Notes under the pieces: generated by a model | The model's input: the letters and a program-made list of their open reading frames with translations, nothing else | What the model was told of the DNA's origin: nothing | The model's database searches: none | NCBI RefSeq assembly: GCF_030684315.1 | Contig: NC_081374.1 | Coordinates: forward strand, 31,036,630 to 31,100,629 | Direction: 5' to 3' | Length of the DNA stretch: 64,000 nucleotides | Source of the DNA: Stegostoma tigrinum | Taxonomy: Eukaryota | Made by a program: the position numbers and the translations under genes | Shown here: piece after piece, positions 25,551 to 38,625 of the stretch | Numbering within the stretch: position 1 is the stretch's first letter | How the letters are laid out: every line of letters starts with the position of its first letter

Positions 25551-26986
25551 CTGTTCCGAAAATAAACACGTGCAGTTTATTTTAACGCAATTATCATTGA
25601 TCAACGGTTATATAATAAAATTGCTTTCTTTCATGTTTCTTTCATATCATTTTAAAATGTAAAAATTAGTTTCAGCTCACAAAAATAGCTGCTCTTTGCC
25701 AAATAATTATACTTCAATAAAATCCTGGTGGAACAATTCTTGCCAGATGGTAGCATCAGAATTGTGTAATAAATTTTGAGATCACAACTGCACATATTGA
25801 TAAATGCTAAATAATTTCTCTATTACATTTATTTTGTTCACAATTGATAATCTACTCGAGTGCTCCCAATGAAAATATTTGTTATGATGCCAATCTTTTT
25901 GTTTGAAAATAGTTAGTCTAAACAACAATTATATTAATTAAATATTATAAATTGGTTGCATGTCTGTAGTTCTTCATTCAAGTTACTAGCTTTTGGAAAA
26001 GCGGTATACTGATTCCAGGCCTTTAGAGCCGTCTTTTTTTTTAAGCTCACAGAGGTCCTCTAGTGTTCCAAATTGCTATTACATAGTTTTGTACAAAATA
26101 ATTACTTCGTAGGACAAATGAGGTGTGACACAAAATAGCACTCTTGCACCGATTGATTGTGAAACAGCTAACTCGATTTACTTTTAATACACAAAACACA
26201 GATTTGAATTTTTTAAAAATAGTTTCAGAAAATTGAAGTTAAGCATAATAAATGTAAGTTGTCAAAAGAATGCAAGATTCTGTGAAATTCCGACAAGTTC
26301 ATTGGGCAATGCTAAACATGTACAAGTGCTGCATATGTTGCTTAACTTAAATTCAGCCTACAAAAAGTGAATTATTGAATAAGTTGAAATATGAATTGTT
26401 GATAAGTGGGTGGTAAATCTTTAGCCTTATCAATACATTACTGATTTTAATTAACACTAGATTTCATGGTGACTTTTTTTTGGCCCTTGGACCATGCTTA
26501 AATGGAATTAATCATCTCCACGAGTGTTTTATCATTAGAAATAATAAAGTTGATAACCTAAAATATCTTAAGCCTTTTCTCTTTTAGATTTTTGCAACTT
26601 TAGTTGTTACAAGACATTACATCTATTTTACTGATATGTACTTAATTCTTGATTGTTGGTATTTATGTGAGCATTTCTATTGTTTTATTTAAGTATGTAT
26701 AAATTTGTTTTTATATTGTAGTTGGAACTTTTTTCTGATAATTATAAGAATAAATTGTACGGAGCAATTTATTTTAATTGTAAGCAGTTACATTCTTTTC
26801 TATATCCTTCCAATGTTTTCAAGTTTTGGTGGAGACAGCCAACAAGCTGGTACTTGCCAATAGGCAAAGATCCCTCTTTGAATTGAGTGTATTTTCTATT
26901 CGTCTTTCAGTTGTACTACTAGCTAGTAAAATGCATTCTAAAGATAGAATCAACTGCTTAATATAGTTTTTCCTTTTTTGTTTCAG

Positions 26987-27076
26987 TCATCTGAATTCAA
27001 ATACAACAGACAGTCTTTTTTGGAAAATGCAAAACAATGGACATTAAAGTATGCGACACCAGCAAAAAAAGATGAG
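26987..27076 (+). CDS. UBE2T: UBE2T coding exon 5: SSEFKYNRQSFLENAKQWTLKYATPAKKDE
   Basis: Polypyrimidine tract plus ttcag acceptor, GTATGT donor, 90 nt. Matches UBE2T SSEFKYN...A.QWT. Confidence 0.95.
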
Positions 27077-28282
27077 GTATGTTTAAACTTTCTCAACTTG
27101 TGGGGCTATGGGTGAAATGTGTAAATTTGTATTCATGGGTCATGCCAAAACTGCTTTGTAAGTAACTGCAAAATGCACAAGGGCATAATTCCAAAATGGC
27201 TGCTTTTTTTTTCCTTTTGCGTCCACGACTGGTGGATGGCAACTTAGTTTGCAGGGAATTCAATTATACAGCTATGGTTTAAAGGTTTATACCTGTGAAC
27301 TTATGAAATAAAAACCATAAAACACCAATGAAAAGCTCACCATCTTGGTTAATAAAAATTGTTTCAAAACAGTAAAAATTATTGATCCAACATTTTTTCC
27401 TATACTCAAAAATTAAAAACATATACTACTTAGTAGTTCAGAGATAATGGGAACTGCAGATGCTGGAGATTCCAAGATAATAAAATGTGAGGCTGGATGA
27501 ACACAGCAGGCCAAGCAGCATCTCAGGAGCACAAAAGCTGACGTTTCGGGCCTAGACCCTTCATCAGAGAGGGGGATGGGGGGAGGGAACTGGAATAAAT
27601 AGGGAGAGAGGGGGAGGCGGACCGAAGATGGAGAGCAAAGAAGATAGGTGGAGAGGGTGTAGGTGGGGAGGTAGGGAGGGGATAGGTCAGTCCAGGGAAG
27701 ACGGACAGGTCAAGGAGGTGGGATGAGGTTAGTAGGTAGCTGGGGGTGCGGCTGGGGGTGGGAGGAAGGGATGGGTGAGAGGAAGAACCGGTTAGGGAGG
27801 CAGAGACAGGTTGGACTGGTTTTGGGATGCAGTGGGTGGGGGGGAAGAGCTGGGCTGGTTGTGTGGTGCAGTGGGGGGAGGGGATGAACTGGGCTGGTTT
27901 AGGGATGCAGTGGGGGAAGGGGAGATTTTGAAACTGGTGAAGTCCACATTGATACCATATGGCTGCAGGGTTCCCAGGCGGAATATGAGTTGCTGTTCCT
28001 GCAACCTTCGGGTGGCATCATTGTGGCAGTGCAGGAGGCCCATGATGGACATGTCATCAAGAGAATGGGAGGGGGAGTGGAAATGGTTTGCGACTGGGAG
28101 GTGCAGTTGTTTGTTGCGAACTGAGCGGAGGTGTTCTGCAAAGCGGTCCCCAAGCCTCCGCTTGGTTTCCCCAATGTAGAGAAAGCCGCACCGGGTACAG
28201 TGGATGCAGTATACCACATTGGCAGATGTGCAGGTGAACCTCTGCTTAATGTGGAAAGAGGTTCACCTGCACATCTGCCAAT

Positions 28283-28708
28283 GTGGTATACTGCATCCAC
28301 TGTACCCGGTGCGGCTTTCTCTACATTGGGGAAACCAAGCGGAGGCTTGGGGACCGCTTTGCAGAACACCTCCGCTCAGTTCGCAACAAACAACTGCACC
28401 TCCCAGTCGCAAACCATTTCCACTCCCCCTCCCATTCTCTTGATGACATGTCCATCATGGGCCTCCTGCACTGCCACAATGATGCCACCCGAAGGTTGCA
28501 GGAACAGCAACTCATATTCCGCCTGGGAACCCTGCAGCCATATGGTATCAATGTGGACTTCACCAGTTTCAAAATCTCCCCTTCCCCCACTGCATCCCTA
28601 AACCAGCCCAGTTCATCCCCTCCCCCCACTGCACCACACAACCAGCCCAGCTCTTCCCCCCCACCCACTGCATCCCAAAACCAGTCCAACCTGTCTCTGC
28701 CTCCCTAA
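28283..28708 (+). CDS. Uninterrupted PLE GIY-YIG endonuclease domain (5'-truncated, no RT); mirror copy at 27792-28217 (-)
   Basis: VYCIHCTRCGFLYIGETKRRLGDRFAEH...H...EQQLI...GIN. No ATG start; expression not shown. Confidence 0.6.
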   Translation: MVYCIHCTRCGFLYIGETKRRLGDRFAEHLRSVRNKQLHLPVANHFHSPSHSLDDMSIMGLLHCHNDATRRLQEQQLIFRLGTLQPYGINVDFTSFKISPSPTASLNQPSSSPPPTAPHNQPSSSPPPTASQNQSNLSLPP

Positions 28709-28932
28709 CCGGTTCTTCCTCTCACCCATCCCTTCCTCCCACCCCCAGCCGCACCCCCAGCTACCTACTAACCTCATCCCACCTCCTTGACCTGTCCGTC
28801 TTCCCTGGACTGACCTATCCCCTCCCTACCTCCCCACCTACACCCTCTCCACCTATCTTCTTTGCTCTCCATCTTCGGTCCGCCTCCCCCTCTCTCCCTA
28901 TTTATTCCAGTTCCCTCCCCCCATCCCCCTCT

Positions 28933-28960
28933 CTGATGAAGGGTCTAGGCCCGAAACGTC
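28933..28960 (+). ncRNA. Minimal hammerhead motif (family A), sense to the UBE2T pre-mRNA; mirror copy at 27540-27567 (-)
   Basis: CTGATGAAGGGTCTAGGCCCGAAACGTC. Confidence 0.75.
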
Positions 28961-30124
28961 AGCTTTTGTGCTCCTGAGATGCTGCTTGGCCTGCTGTGTT
29001 CATCCAGCCTCACATTTTATTATCTACTTAGTAGTTCAATCAGTTTAATAGAAAATCTGGTTCTGGTCCAGCTAGGGCAAGAAAGGTGCAAGGTTGCTGC
29101 CTTGTTTGTATCCGAGTTAACCAGTGTCAGTTAGAGATAGGTTACATGTTACATGGCTGATATCAGTTTTGGTTCAGTTTGGTGAAAGGAATGAGCCAGA
29201 CTTCCCGTTCCTAACTTCTATTTGTTAATTTTTGCAGCGGTGTGTTGATATCAAGATGTTGGACAAGACTGTGGCATACTCTGGCTTAGCTTTAACACCT
29301 TCTGTTTGAATAGTTTAGCAATTCACTATCAACTTTAAATCATAAATGGTTATGTGGAGAGAAAATTAATAACAATAAATGCTGATTCATGGAGAACTAT
29401 CGTCATCATCAGAATGCAAGAGAAAGGAGTAAAATAAGTATTTTTTTGTAACAAAGGTCTTGCGTCTCTCCTTTTCAAACCCGGAAAGCTTTAAGCTTAT
29501 GTTGTTGTCCTTTAGTTAAAACACCTTCTGCTTATGTAATAAATTTTGTGACCGCATGCTGTCAATCTAACAATGGCATTGTGTGTGATGTTTTCCAAGA
29601 CCTATGCAGTCAGATAATTCTTTCAGTCAACATGTATCTCCAAGCCACATGCGAACTATTTCTCTTCAGTTTAAGTAACTACCTCTCACCAATTCCACAA
29701 ACAACAACTATTTCCGATTAAAGGCACAGCAGATACTTGCTAATAAATAGTAGTATAAATCTCAATTAGAAAAAGAGGGTTAATAAAGTTTGCTATCAAT
29801 AATGCATTAATGAGCTAGCAAGTTCAATGGATTAAAGGAAATTCCATAGTTCTGAATTGTTGGTTGCTGCTGTCATTTTGCTTTTGTAAACAACATCTCC
29901 CCATTTGTCTGTTTTTTTAAGAACTTTAACTACCGATGGAAACTGCTGCATTAAATTGTGTATAGCAACTGTTAATGCTATCTGAACATCCTGCTTGGCC
30001 AAAGAAGGGTACAATTTGAACTTGCACTTATACTTTGAGTAAAGTTGGCACAATGAAGGTTCAATTGAATTAGTTCCTAAGGTCATGGGGATTCTTCTAT
30101 GATGAGAGGCTATACAAATGCTCA

Positions 30125-30515
30125 CTCTTCATAGTGATTGGAAGAATGAGAGGCAATCTTTTTGAAACGTTCAAGATTTCTGAGGGACCTTAATGGAGTG
30201 AATGCTGAAGGATTGTTTCTGCTGGTCAAGGAGTCTAAAACATAGGAACATAATCTTCGGATATGATGCTGATGGTTTAGGACTGAACTAAGAAATTGTT
30301 TCACTCAAGTCATTGTGAATCTTCATAGTTCCATGTATCAGAGTTGCACATGTTCCTTCATTTAATGCATTTCAAGCTGGGTTAAACAGATTTTTGGTGT
30401 CTTGGGGATTAAAGGATATGTAAAGTAGGCAGCACAATGGAGTTGAAGCCCAGAACAGGTGTGCTCATAGGTCATGGTAGGGCATATGGTTCACTCCTCC
30501 TCCAATTCCTTGAGT
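30125..30515 (+). mobile_element. CR1 LINE 3' fragment
   Basis: agaatgagaggcaatctttttgaaac...agaaattgtttcactcaa...ctcctcctccaattcctt. Confidence 0.75.
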
Positions 30516-30891
30516 GCTATTCTGTCTCCTGTATATGATAAAGTATGAGATTTTTAGAAACTATCTTTCTGTCCCAGACTTAACAAATTCAAGATCTTAT
30601 TTTGTTGTTCTACTCAAGCAAGATAAAATTGCATGTGCATGCCAGACTACTCGACTTCTGTGAATTGAGCATTACCGCCAAAGTATAACTTGCACACTAT
30701 GTGGCGTGTGTGTGTATATGCAGTGGGGGTTTGGAGTTTTGCAAACAATGTGACATTTATTTGGCAATATCACAATTCTACTTTTCACTAAGTAGCGTTG
30801 CTCAATGACTTAAGTTTACACACAACAGAAGTGGGATGAGTAAGCCTGGGCCTAAATGGATGACTTGAAACCTTTTTATTCCTTATTTTAG

Positions 30892-31026
30892 ATATCTAGC
30901 TGCCTGAAGGAGAATCAGAGCCATGTTGAAGACCAGAATCAGAGCCAGGTTGTGAATAAGAATACACCAGTATCGAGAAAGAGATCTGCCTGTGATTCTG
31001 AAAATGCTAAGAAATTTTGTTTATAA
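30892..31026 (+). CDS. UBE2T: UBE2T last coding exon: ISSCLKENQSHVEDQNQSQVVNKNTPVSRKRSACDSENAKKFCL*
   Basis: Strong acceptor (cctttttattccttattttag), phase 0 matches the previous exon. RKR...KKF basic tail resembles UBE2T C-termini. Stop TAA at 31024-31026. Confidence 0.85.
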   Translation: MSSCLKENQSHVEDQNQSQVVNKNTPVSRKRSACDSENAKKFCL

Positions 31027-31135
31027 ATAATGTGGTACTTGTATTTGTGTTTTGATGTTATCTTTTAAAGTTTTTGTAACTAACCTGTAAATTTGTTGCT
31101 TATGTGTTTTCATAAATGTAGTTTTTGGAAATGAC

Positions 31136-31141
31136 AATAAA
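31136..31141 (+). promoter_or_regulatory. Candidate polyadenylation signal of UBE2T
   Basis: First AATAAA downstream of the stop codon, about 110 nt after it. Confidence 0.5.
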
Positions 31142-33339
31142 TTACCAATTGGTGGTGACCAAGAAATATGATGAGTAAATGATTTATTTTTCTCTGCAGG
31201 TGCTGCTCAATATTTCCAGTATTGTTTTTATTTTAGGTTTGCAGCACCTGTGGTATTCTGACTTTTTACTAAATTGAATAAGTCTTTGAGGTGCTTGGAC
31301 TGAATTATCTTGATCACTGCTATAAATTTATGATTGTGTGTGCAGATGTCTGCTCCTGACCTATTTTAATAAGAGGGCAGGGAAGGATTGGAGTTTACCA
31401 CTTACGCAGGGCATGAAGACAGCCAGAGAGGTAGGGATTCCAATACTAGTTGTTCTCTGGCAATAGGGTAATATTACCAAAGTAACAAAGCCAGTTGAGT
31501 GACGATGATTCCTTTCACCACCTCACTAACAAATATTTGACCTGAAGTGGAATGGGGCCAGAAACTCAGCATGGAATTTCATGCTGAGTTTGTCTTTTAT
31601 GTCCAGATGGAACCTAAACATTCAATCCTAAGCATACCTCTTTAAATTATGCTATGACATTCTTAAGCAGTATAAAAACTCGTAAGGGCACTTTCCATTC
31701 TTAAACTATCAAGAGGATTGAGAAGAATACCATATGTGATTTGGTGTTGATAGGAAAGTAGGCAGGTACCCCAAGACCAAAAACAATGTGCAACATAATG
31801 AGGACAGAAATGTCTGCAGTTGTGAGGCCTATACAGAGATTGGAACCAGCTCAACGTGTCATGAGATGCCCTAGAACCAGGACACAGAACAGAATGCAAC
31901 TGATATAAAATCTCAGTTGGGGGTGACTGGCAGCTATCCTAAGACTCACTGAGGCAACGGGCACCAGTGTACAGTGATATTAGGAAATACTGACTTCTTT
32001 TTTCTAGTAAAACTTCAAAATTGCCAAGCTTCAAGAGAAGACTTAGTAAAGAGTGACAGTATTTAGGAGAAAAACAGTTAATTGCATTAATAGGTAGTAT
32101 TGGTTGATGCCTTGATGATAGCATTTTCTTTCTTTTGTGTTTTAGTAGTAGTTCTCTTTGGTTGATAACTTCAACTGAAGCCATTAGAATTTTGACATCC
32201 TTTGCTGTGTAATGTAGATTGGATCAAAAAACCAAATTTTGTAGCAGCCGGTTCCACACAATCCCATATGAATTAATTTCAGTCATCCAGCAGAACAAAG
32301 CATTCATTAAATCAGTGAAAGCTTCATTAAATAATTTTACAAATAAAACAAATCTGGCAAAAACTTAAAACCATATGTGGCGTAATAGAACGCATGTCAA
32401 GTTAACAGTGTACTAAGCAAAACAAACTACTTCATATGTTGTCTTTAGTCTGCTGATCCTTCTGTTGTGCCAGTGAATAACCTGACGTTAGTCTACTTGT
32501 TTAGCTACCAATTCCAAAACGGAACCAAACTGGTAAGAGGGAAAACTGAATTGAAATGTTTTTGGGAAGTATTTGTGGGAGAGGAGGGGGGGGAAAAAAA
32601 AGAGAATTTGGTAACTCTTTGAAAAATGATTTGAGAATCAACTCTCAAACATGACTAAATTAGAAATATTAAACTCACATGCCAGGTCATTCATAGCAGC
32701 TTGAACCACAGACATCTTATGAAATTGATCACTGCAGTAAAACAGGAAATAACATTAGCTTTTGCAAATTAAGTTGTTGCTGGCTTGAACATCCAGCAAT
32801 TAAACTTCTTGTTTGACCATGGGTGGTGGGGGGGGGGGGGGGGGGGTGAAGAAATACTGAAAAGCAAGTTTCAAAACATTGCTTCAACAATCTGCAAAGT
32901 GTTGTTTTTCAAAAGTGTGGGAACAGATCTGTAAAATCTGATTTGCCTGATAATTGTGTCATGTGATGCGCTCCAGGAGAAATAACCTTCTATTAGGCTA
33001 TGTGACAAATCTGCATCATACAACCTGTCAGAACTATGCCAATAATTGTGAAGAAAGGTGAATAAAAGTGAGAACTTTAATTTTCGAGGTCATGCCCTTA
33101 TTAAAAGCCTGAAGATTCAATTGTAGCGCACTATCTAACCATAATCTAATTTGAGCAGCCGAGGTGGGGGGCGGGGGGGTTGTGGGTCAGTCCTTCAGCC
33201 CATAATTGCTCATGAAATAGATATGTTCAGTGGTATCCTCTGGAACTGACCCAACTTAAGTTGGATTATTATTTAGTTGTAGTGTGACAGCTAACTCACG
33301 TACTGTATTTTATTGTGACTTTTAGCAGTTTATTACCTC

Positions 33340-33690
33340 AAGGAGATTCATAAGAATCTTACCAAGCAAAATCAGCTACTGAACCAAAAGAGATATTAGA
33401 TGATGAAAACCTTGATCAAAGATTAGGTTTTACAAAGTGTCTCAAAGGATGAGAGATGGGTAGAGTTTTAGGGAAGATACTTCAGAGGTTAAGACCTAGG
33501 CAGCTGAAGGCACAGTCCCAATACTGAAATAATCAAAATAAGGGATATGTGAGAGGCCAGATGTGAAGGAGCACCGAGATCTTGGAAGGTTGCAGGACTA
33601 AAGAGGTATGAGATACAAAGATTGCAAAGTATCGAAAACTGATGAGAATTTTGAAATAGCATTGTTGACTTGGACTGGAGGCCGATGTAG
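33340..33690 (-). mobile_element. Decayed L2-like LINE 3' fragment
   Basis: Phrases typical of L2 3' ends (ggttttacaaagtgtctcaaagga...agggaagatacttcagag...gcagctgaaggcac). Confidence 0.35.
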
Positions 33691-35270
33691 ATTCATACAG
33701 TGCTGAAAAGGCTCATTGAGTCTGCGTTGAAATAACTACCACTAGAAGTATACTAATCCAGATTTCCTACACATGTCCCATGTCCCTGAATGTTGTGATA
33801 TCTCAAGTGCTAATCCATATTTCTTTTTAAACATTCCCAGCCTTCACACCTCTTACCAGGCAGTGCATTCCAGATTCCCACCAGTCGCTAAGTGAAAAGG
33901 TTATTTCTGAAACCCCTGCTGAATTTCTTGCATCTTACCCTAAAATTATGAAAATTATGCACTGTCATGATTGACCCCTCAACCAAGGTGTACAGCTGCT
34001 CTCTATCCTCCCTGTCCATACCCCTCATAATCTTCTACACCTCAATAGTGTTCCCCCTCTGTCTTCTGTCTCGTCTCTCCTTCTAACTCAATTTCTCCAT
34101 CGAAAGCAACATTCTAGTGAACCTCCTCTGTACCCCATCTATTTCTATCAGATCCTGTAGTGACGTGATCAGAACTGCAGACAGTACTCCAGCTATGGTC
34201 TACCAACACTGTACAATTCTAACATTAGCTCCTTGCTTTTATACTGTATGCCATGACTGATGAAAGCAAGTGTCTGATGTGTCATTGTAACTATCCTATT
34301 GATGTTCCCTGCCCACTTCAGGGATCTGTGAATAATTACTCCAAGATCTCTCTGTTCCTCCAAGCCACCCAGTGTCCTGTCATTCATTTAATATTCTCTG
34401 ATCTTGTTTCTTCAAAACTGCATCACTACACACTTACCAGGGTGAAATACCATCTGTTACTAGTCTGCCCAACTTATCAACCTATCTATGTCTTCCTTCA
34501 ACCTACAACTACCTTCTTTGCCATTAATCACTCTACCAATCTTGATGTTGTCTGAAAATTTGCTTAACACTCCTCCACATTTTCAACTATATCATGTATG
34601 TATATGACAAATAATAAGGGTCCCAATACCGATCCTTGTGGTACACCACTGGACACTAGCTTCAAATCATTACCCCTTGTCTCCTATTACTGAGCCAGTT
34701 TCTGATCCCTCACCAAGTTTCCCTCAGTCCCATATCACTTAACCTTCGCAATCATTCTCGCATGTGTGATCTTGTCAAAATCTTAGCATAAATCCATATA
34801 AACCGTGTCAACTGAACTTTCCTCATCCATACATTTTCAAAAAAATCCTAACAAATTTGATGGGCATGACCTACCTCTGAAAAAACCATGCCGACTATCC
34901 CTAATTAACCCATGCCTTTCTAAGGGGATAGTAATTCTCTCCTTCAGAATTTTCTCCAATAGTTGCCCGATCACTGTTGTGACACTCACCGGTCAGTAAT
35001 TGCCGTGTTCATCTCTACCACGCTTCTTGAGAAGAGGAACTATGCTAGCCATCCTTCAGTCCTCTGGCATTTTCCCTGTGGTCAGCCAGGAACAAAACAT
35101 TTGTGTCAGAGCACCTGAAATTTCCTGCCTTGTCTCCCACAGCAGCCTGGGATACTGGCCAGGGGATTTGCCCATTTTAAGCTTGACAGATCCTCCAATA
35201 CCTCTCCATTTCCTGTGTCAAACTGTGTAAATAGTCCTCTAGTCCTTTCTCCCAAATTCCATATCTGCCC
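33690..35270 (-). mobile_element. CR1 LINE ORF2 fragment with 3' end
   Basis: EQRDLGVIIHRSLK peptide (ORF 34193-34387); SGVPQGSVLGP encoded near 34620-34655. Confidence 0.85.
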
Positions 35271-36477
35271 ATGTAGGGCAGTAAGCACAAGGCTGCTGCC
35301 AAAAGTGGACACTGTGTGAACTAGGGTGTGGTTGACAGAATTTAGTTTGAACTCAAGTTCATAATGTAATAAGAATGTTCAGAAGATGTGAAATGCAGTC
35401 AAAGTGAATGCCTTCTAATCAAATGCTTCCATTATTATTTAAAGGATAAACTTTGCATATGCCCCTAGAATAGTCAAATGCTTAGCCGGATGTGAGGCGT
35501 GCAGATTTTTTATGCTGATGTTTAACAGTTCTTTTTTTTTCAAAGGTCATTTCCTTCACCATCCTGGAATCAATTTGATGCCAGGCAGATGCAGTTTTAC
35601 CAACAACACAATGTCTACATGTTGTTCCTCAGAATTGTTAAGCAACCCTCTTCCCTGCCCTCATTTCTTTAAGAATTAGAATCACTGTAGCTGCCTTCTC
35701 TAGAGAGTTTTTAAAAAATCTGTGATGCTGGAATTATTGCTCAAAATTCTTGAGAAATTAGCTTAAATTATCTTCCTCCTATTCAGTGACTCAGGATAGA
35801 ACATTTGAGACATGTTGCAATGGAATTGAAAAGTACTCCATGAAGCTATTGTTACAATGTTATGTGATAGAGGGCAAATCAAAAACATACAATCATCACA
35901 CATGAGCCAATACTAAGAATTCCAAAGATCTTGGCTTAGTTTCAAAAGAATTCAAATTCCATTCTTATCAATGTAGTACATGCATTTGAGTCATTCTTTG
36001 AAAATGAACATGATAAATGAGACCTGTAGAATTTAGTATACTCAGAGAAAATAATCCAATTTGGACGTGTCCAATTAATTTCTGCACTCGTGATAAATTT
36101 GTTCTATGTTGATTAGTTTCCTGCCTTATTTAGTTGAGCCATATTTTGCTGGAAAACCAATGGCATGTTGATATGAAAATCAGCAAGCAATTTCAGTAGG
36201 CGTATCTTGAATTGGGAATCTAGAGAACTTTGTTTAGTTTAAATTCTTTCATGGATGTGATTTTGTTGGCAAGGTGAATTTTTGTTACCTATTCCAAATT
36301 TTACTTCAGAAAGTGTTGGTGAACTGGCTTCTTGAACTATTGTGGTTTATGTGATGTAGTTAAATGCACAGCAAGTGGCTTAATTTGTACCATGGTAACA
36401 CTCCCTTTGCAGAAGCTGCAACTCATTCTGAGCTTCCCATTATTTTTAAGAATGTGCTTGTTTTGCCCATTAATGTG

Positions 36478-38625
36478 CAACACCCTGGCAACATCCCTGT
36501 AAATCTTTTGTGAACCCTTTCAAGTTTCACAACATCCTTTCTTTAGCAGAGAAACCAAAAGTACATGCAGTATTCCAAAAGTGGCCTAACCAATGTCCTG
36601 TACAGCTGCAGCCTGACCTCCCAATTCCTGTATTCAATGCACCGATCAATAAAGGCAAGCATACCAAACGCCTTCTTTACTATCCTATCTACCTGCGACT
36701 CCACTTTTAAAGAACTATGAACCTGCACCCCAAGGTCTCTTTGTTCAGTAATACTCCCCAGGATCTTACCATTAAGTGTATAAGTCCTGTCCTGGTTTGT
36801 CTTTCCGAAATGCAGCACTTCACATTTATCTAAATTAAAGCCCATCTGCCACTCCTTCGCCCATTGGCTCATCTGATCAAGATCCTGTTGTACTCTGGGG
36901 TAACGTTCTTTGCTGTCCACTAAACCTGCTATTTTGGTATCATCTGCAAACTTACGAACTATATCTCCTATATTCACATCCAAATCATTTATATACATGA
37001 TAAAGAACAGTGAACCCAGCACCGATCCTTACAGCACACCACTAAGCATTGGCCTCCAGTCCAAGAAGCGATCCTCTGCCACCAGCCTCTGTCGTCAACC
37101 TTTGTGCTAATTTTGTATCCAAATAGCTAGTTCTTTCTGTATTCCATGTGATCTAACCCTGCTAATCAGTCTACCATGACGAACCTTGTTGATTGCCTTA
37201 CTTAAGTACATATAGAGCACGTCCATCCCTTTGCCTTCATCAATCCTCTTCGTTACGTCTTCAGAAATCTCAATCAAGACACAATTTCCCATGCACAAAG
37301 CCACATTGACTATCTCTAATCAGTCCTTGCCTTTCAAAATACATGTAAATCCTTGCCCCCAGGATTCCCTCCAACAACTTGCCCACTGCCAATGTCAGGC
37401 TCAGAAGTCTACTCTCCCTGGCTTTTCATTACCACGTTCTTAAATAGTAGCACCACATTGGTCAATTTCCAGTCTTCCAGCTCTGCACCTGTGACTGTTG
37501 ATGGTACGGATGGCGCTGTAATCACTTCCCTAGCTTCCCACAGAGTTCTTAGGTACACCTGATCAGGTCCAGGGTTTTATCCACCGTTATAAGTTTTAAG
37601 ATGCCTAGCACCTTCTTCTCTGTAGTATGGGCATTTTTCAAGTTATCATTATTTATTTCCCACATTCTATATCTTGCTTACCCTTGTCCACCACAAACAC
37701 TGACGTAAGATACTTGTTTAGTATCTCCTCCATCTCCTGCAGTTCCACACATAGGCAACCTTGCTAATCTTTAAGGGGACGTATTCTCTTTCTAGTCACC
37801 CTTTTGTCCTTAATGTATTTGTAGAATCACCTTGAAGTCTCCCTAATCCTATTTACCAAAACTATCTCACGTTCCATTTTTACCCTCCTGATTTCCCTCT
37901 TAAGCATACTGCTGCACTTATATTCTTCTAGGGATTCACTTGATCCCTGCTGTCTATACCTGACATATGCTTCCTTCTTTTTCTTGACAAACACCTCAAC
38001 TTCTGTAGTCACCCAGCATTTCCTACGCTTACCAACCTTGCCCTTCACCCTAACAGGAACGTACTGTCTCTGGACTCTTGTTGTCTCATTTTTGAAGGCT
38101 TCCCATTTTCCAGGCATTCCTTTACCAACAAACATCTTCCCCCAATCAACTTTTGAAAGTTCTTGCCGAATACTGTCAAAATTGGCCTTCCTCCAATTTA
38201 GAACTTTAAATTTAGATCCGGTCTATCCTTTTCCATCACTGTTTTAAAACTAAGAGAATTATGGTCACTGGCTCCAAAGTGCTCCCCCACTGACACCTCA
38301 GTCACCTGCCCTGCCTTATTTCCTAAGAGTAGGTCAATTTTTGCACCTTCTCTGGTAGGTACATCCACATACCGAATCAGAAAATGTTCTTGTGCATACT
38401 TAACAAATTCCTTTCCATCCAAGTCCTTAAAACTATGGCAGTCCCAGCCTATGTTTGGAAAATTAAAATCCCCTACAATAACCACCTTATTATCCTTACA
38501 GATAACTGGAATCTCCTTACAAATTTCTCAATTTCCTGCTGACTATTGGGGGGTCTATAGTACAAGCCCAATAAGGTGATCAACTCTTTCTTCAAACCCT
38601 ATTTCTCAGTTTCACTGAAATAACT
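36478..38625 (-). mobile_element. CR1 LINE ORF2 fragment (APE endonuclease end plus RT)
   Basis: VGDFNFPNI, DLLLGN, SDHN (endonuclease); YINDLD, KFADDTK, LYRTLVRPLLEYC (RT). Confidence 0.92.

Larger units (their letters stand above)
27441..29023. mobile_element. Young family A Neptune PLE palindrome (~770 bp arms) in the last UBE2T intron
   Basis: Arms 27476-28243 and 28257-29024 with a 13-nt spacer; identical 141-aa mirror ORFs. TSD ctacttagtagttca at 27426-27440 and 29024-29038. 35-nt tail on the left arm. Confidence 0.95.

Noticed and set aside
27441-29023. Palindromes as sequencing or assembly fold-back artefacts
   Set aside because: Unique flanks resume on both sides with TSDs, the tail asymmetry recurs, and older copies show arm divergence. 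Read-level confirmation is still advisable.
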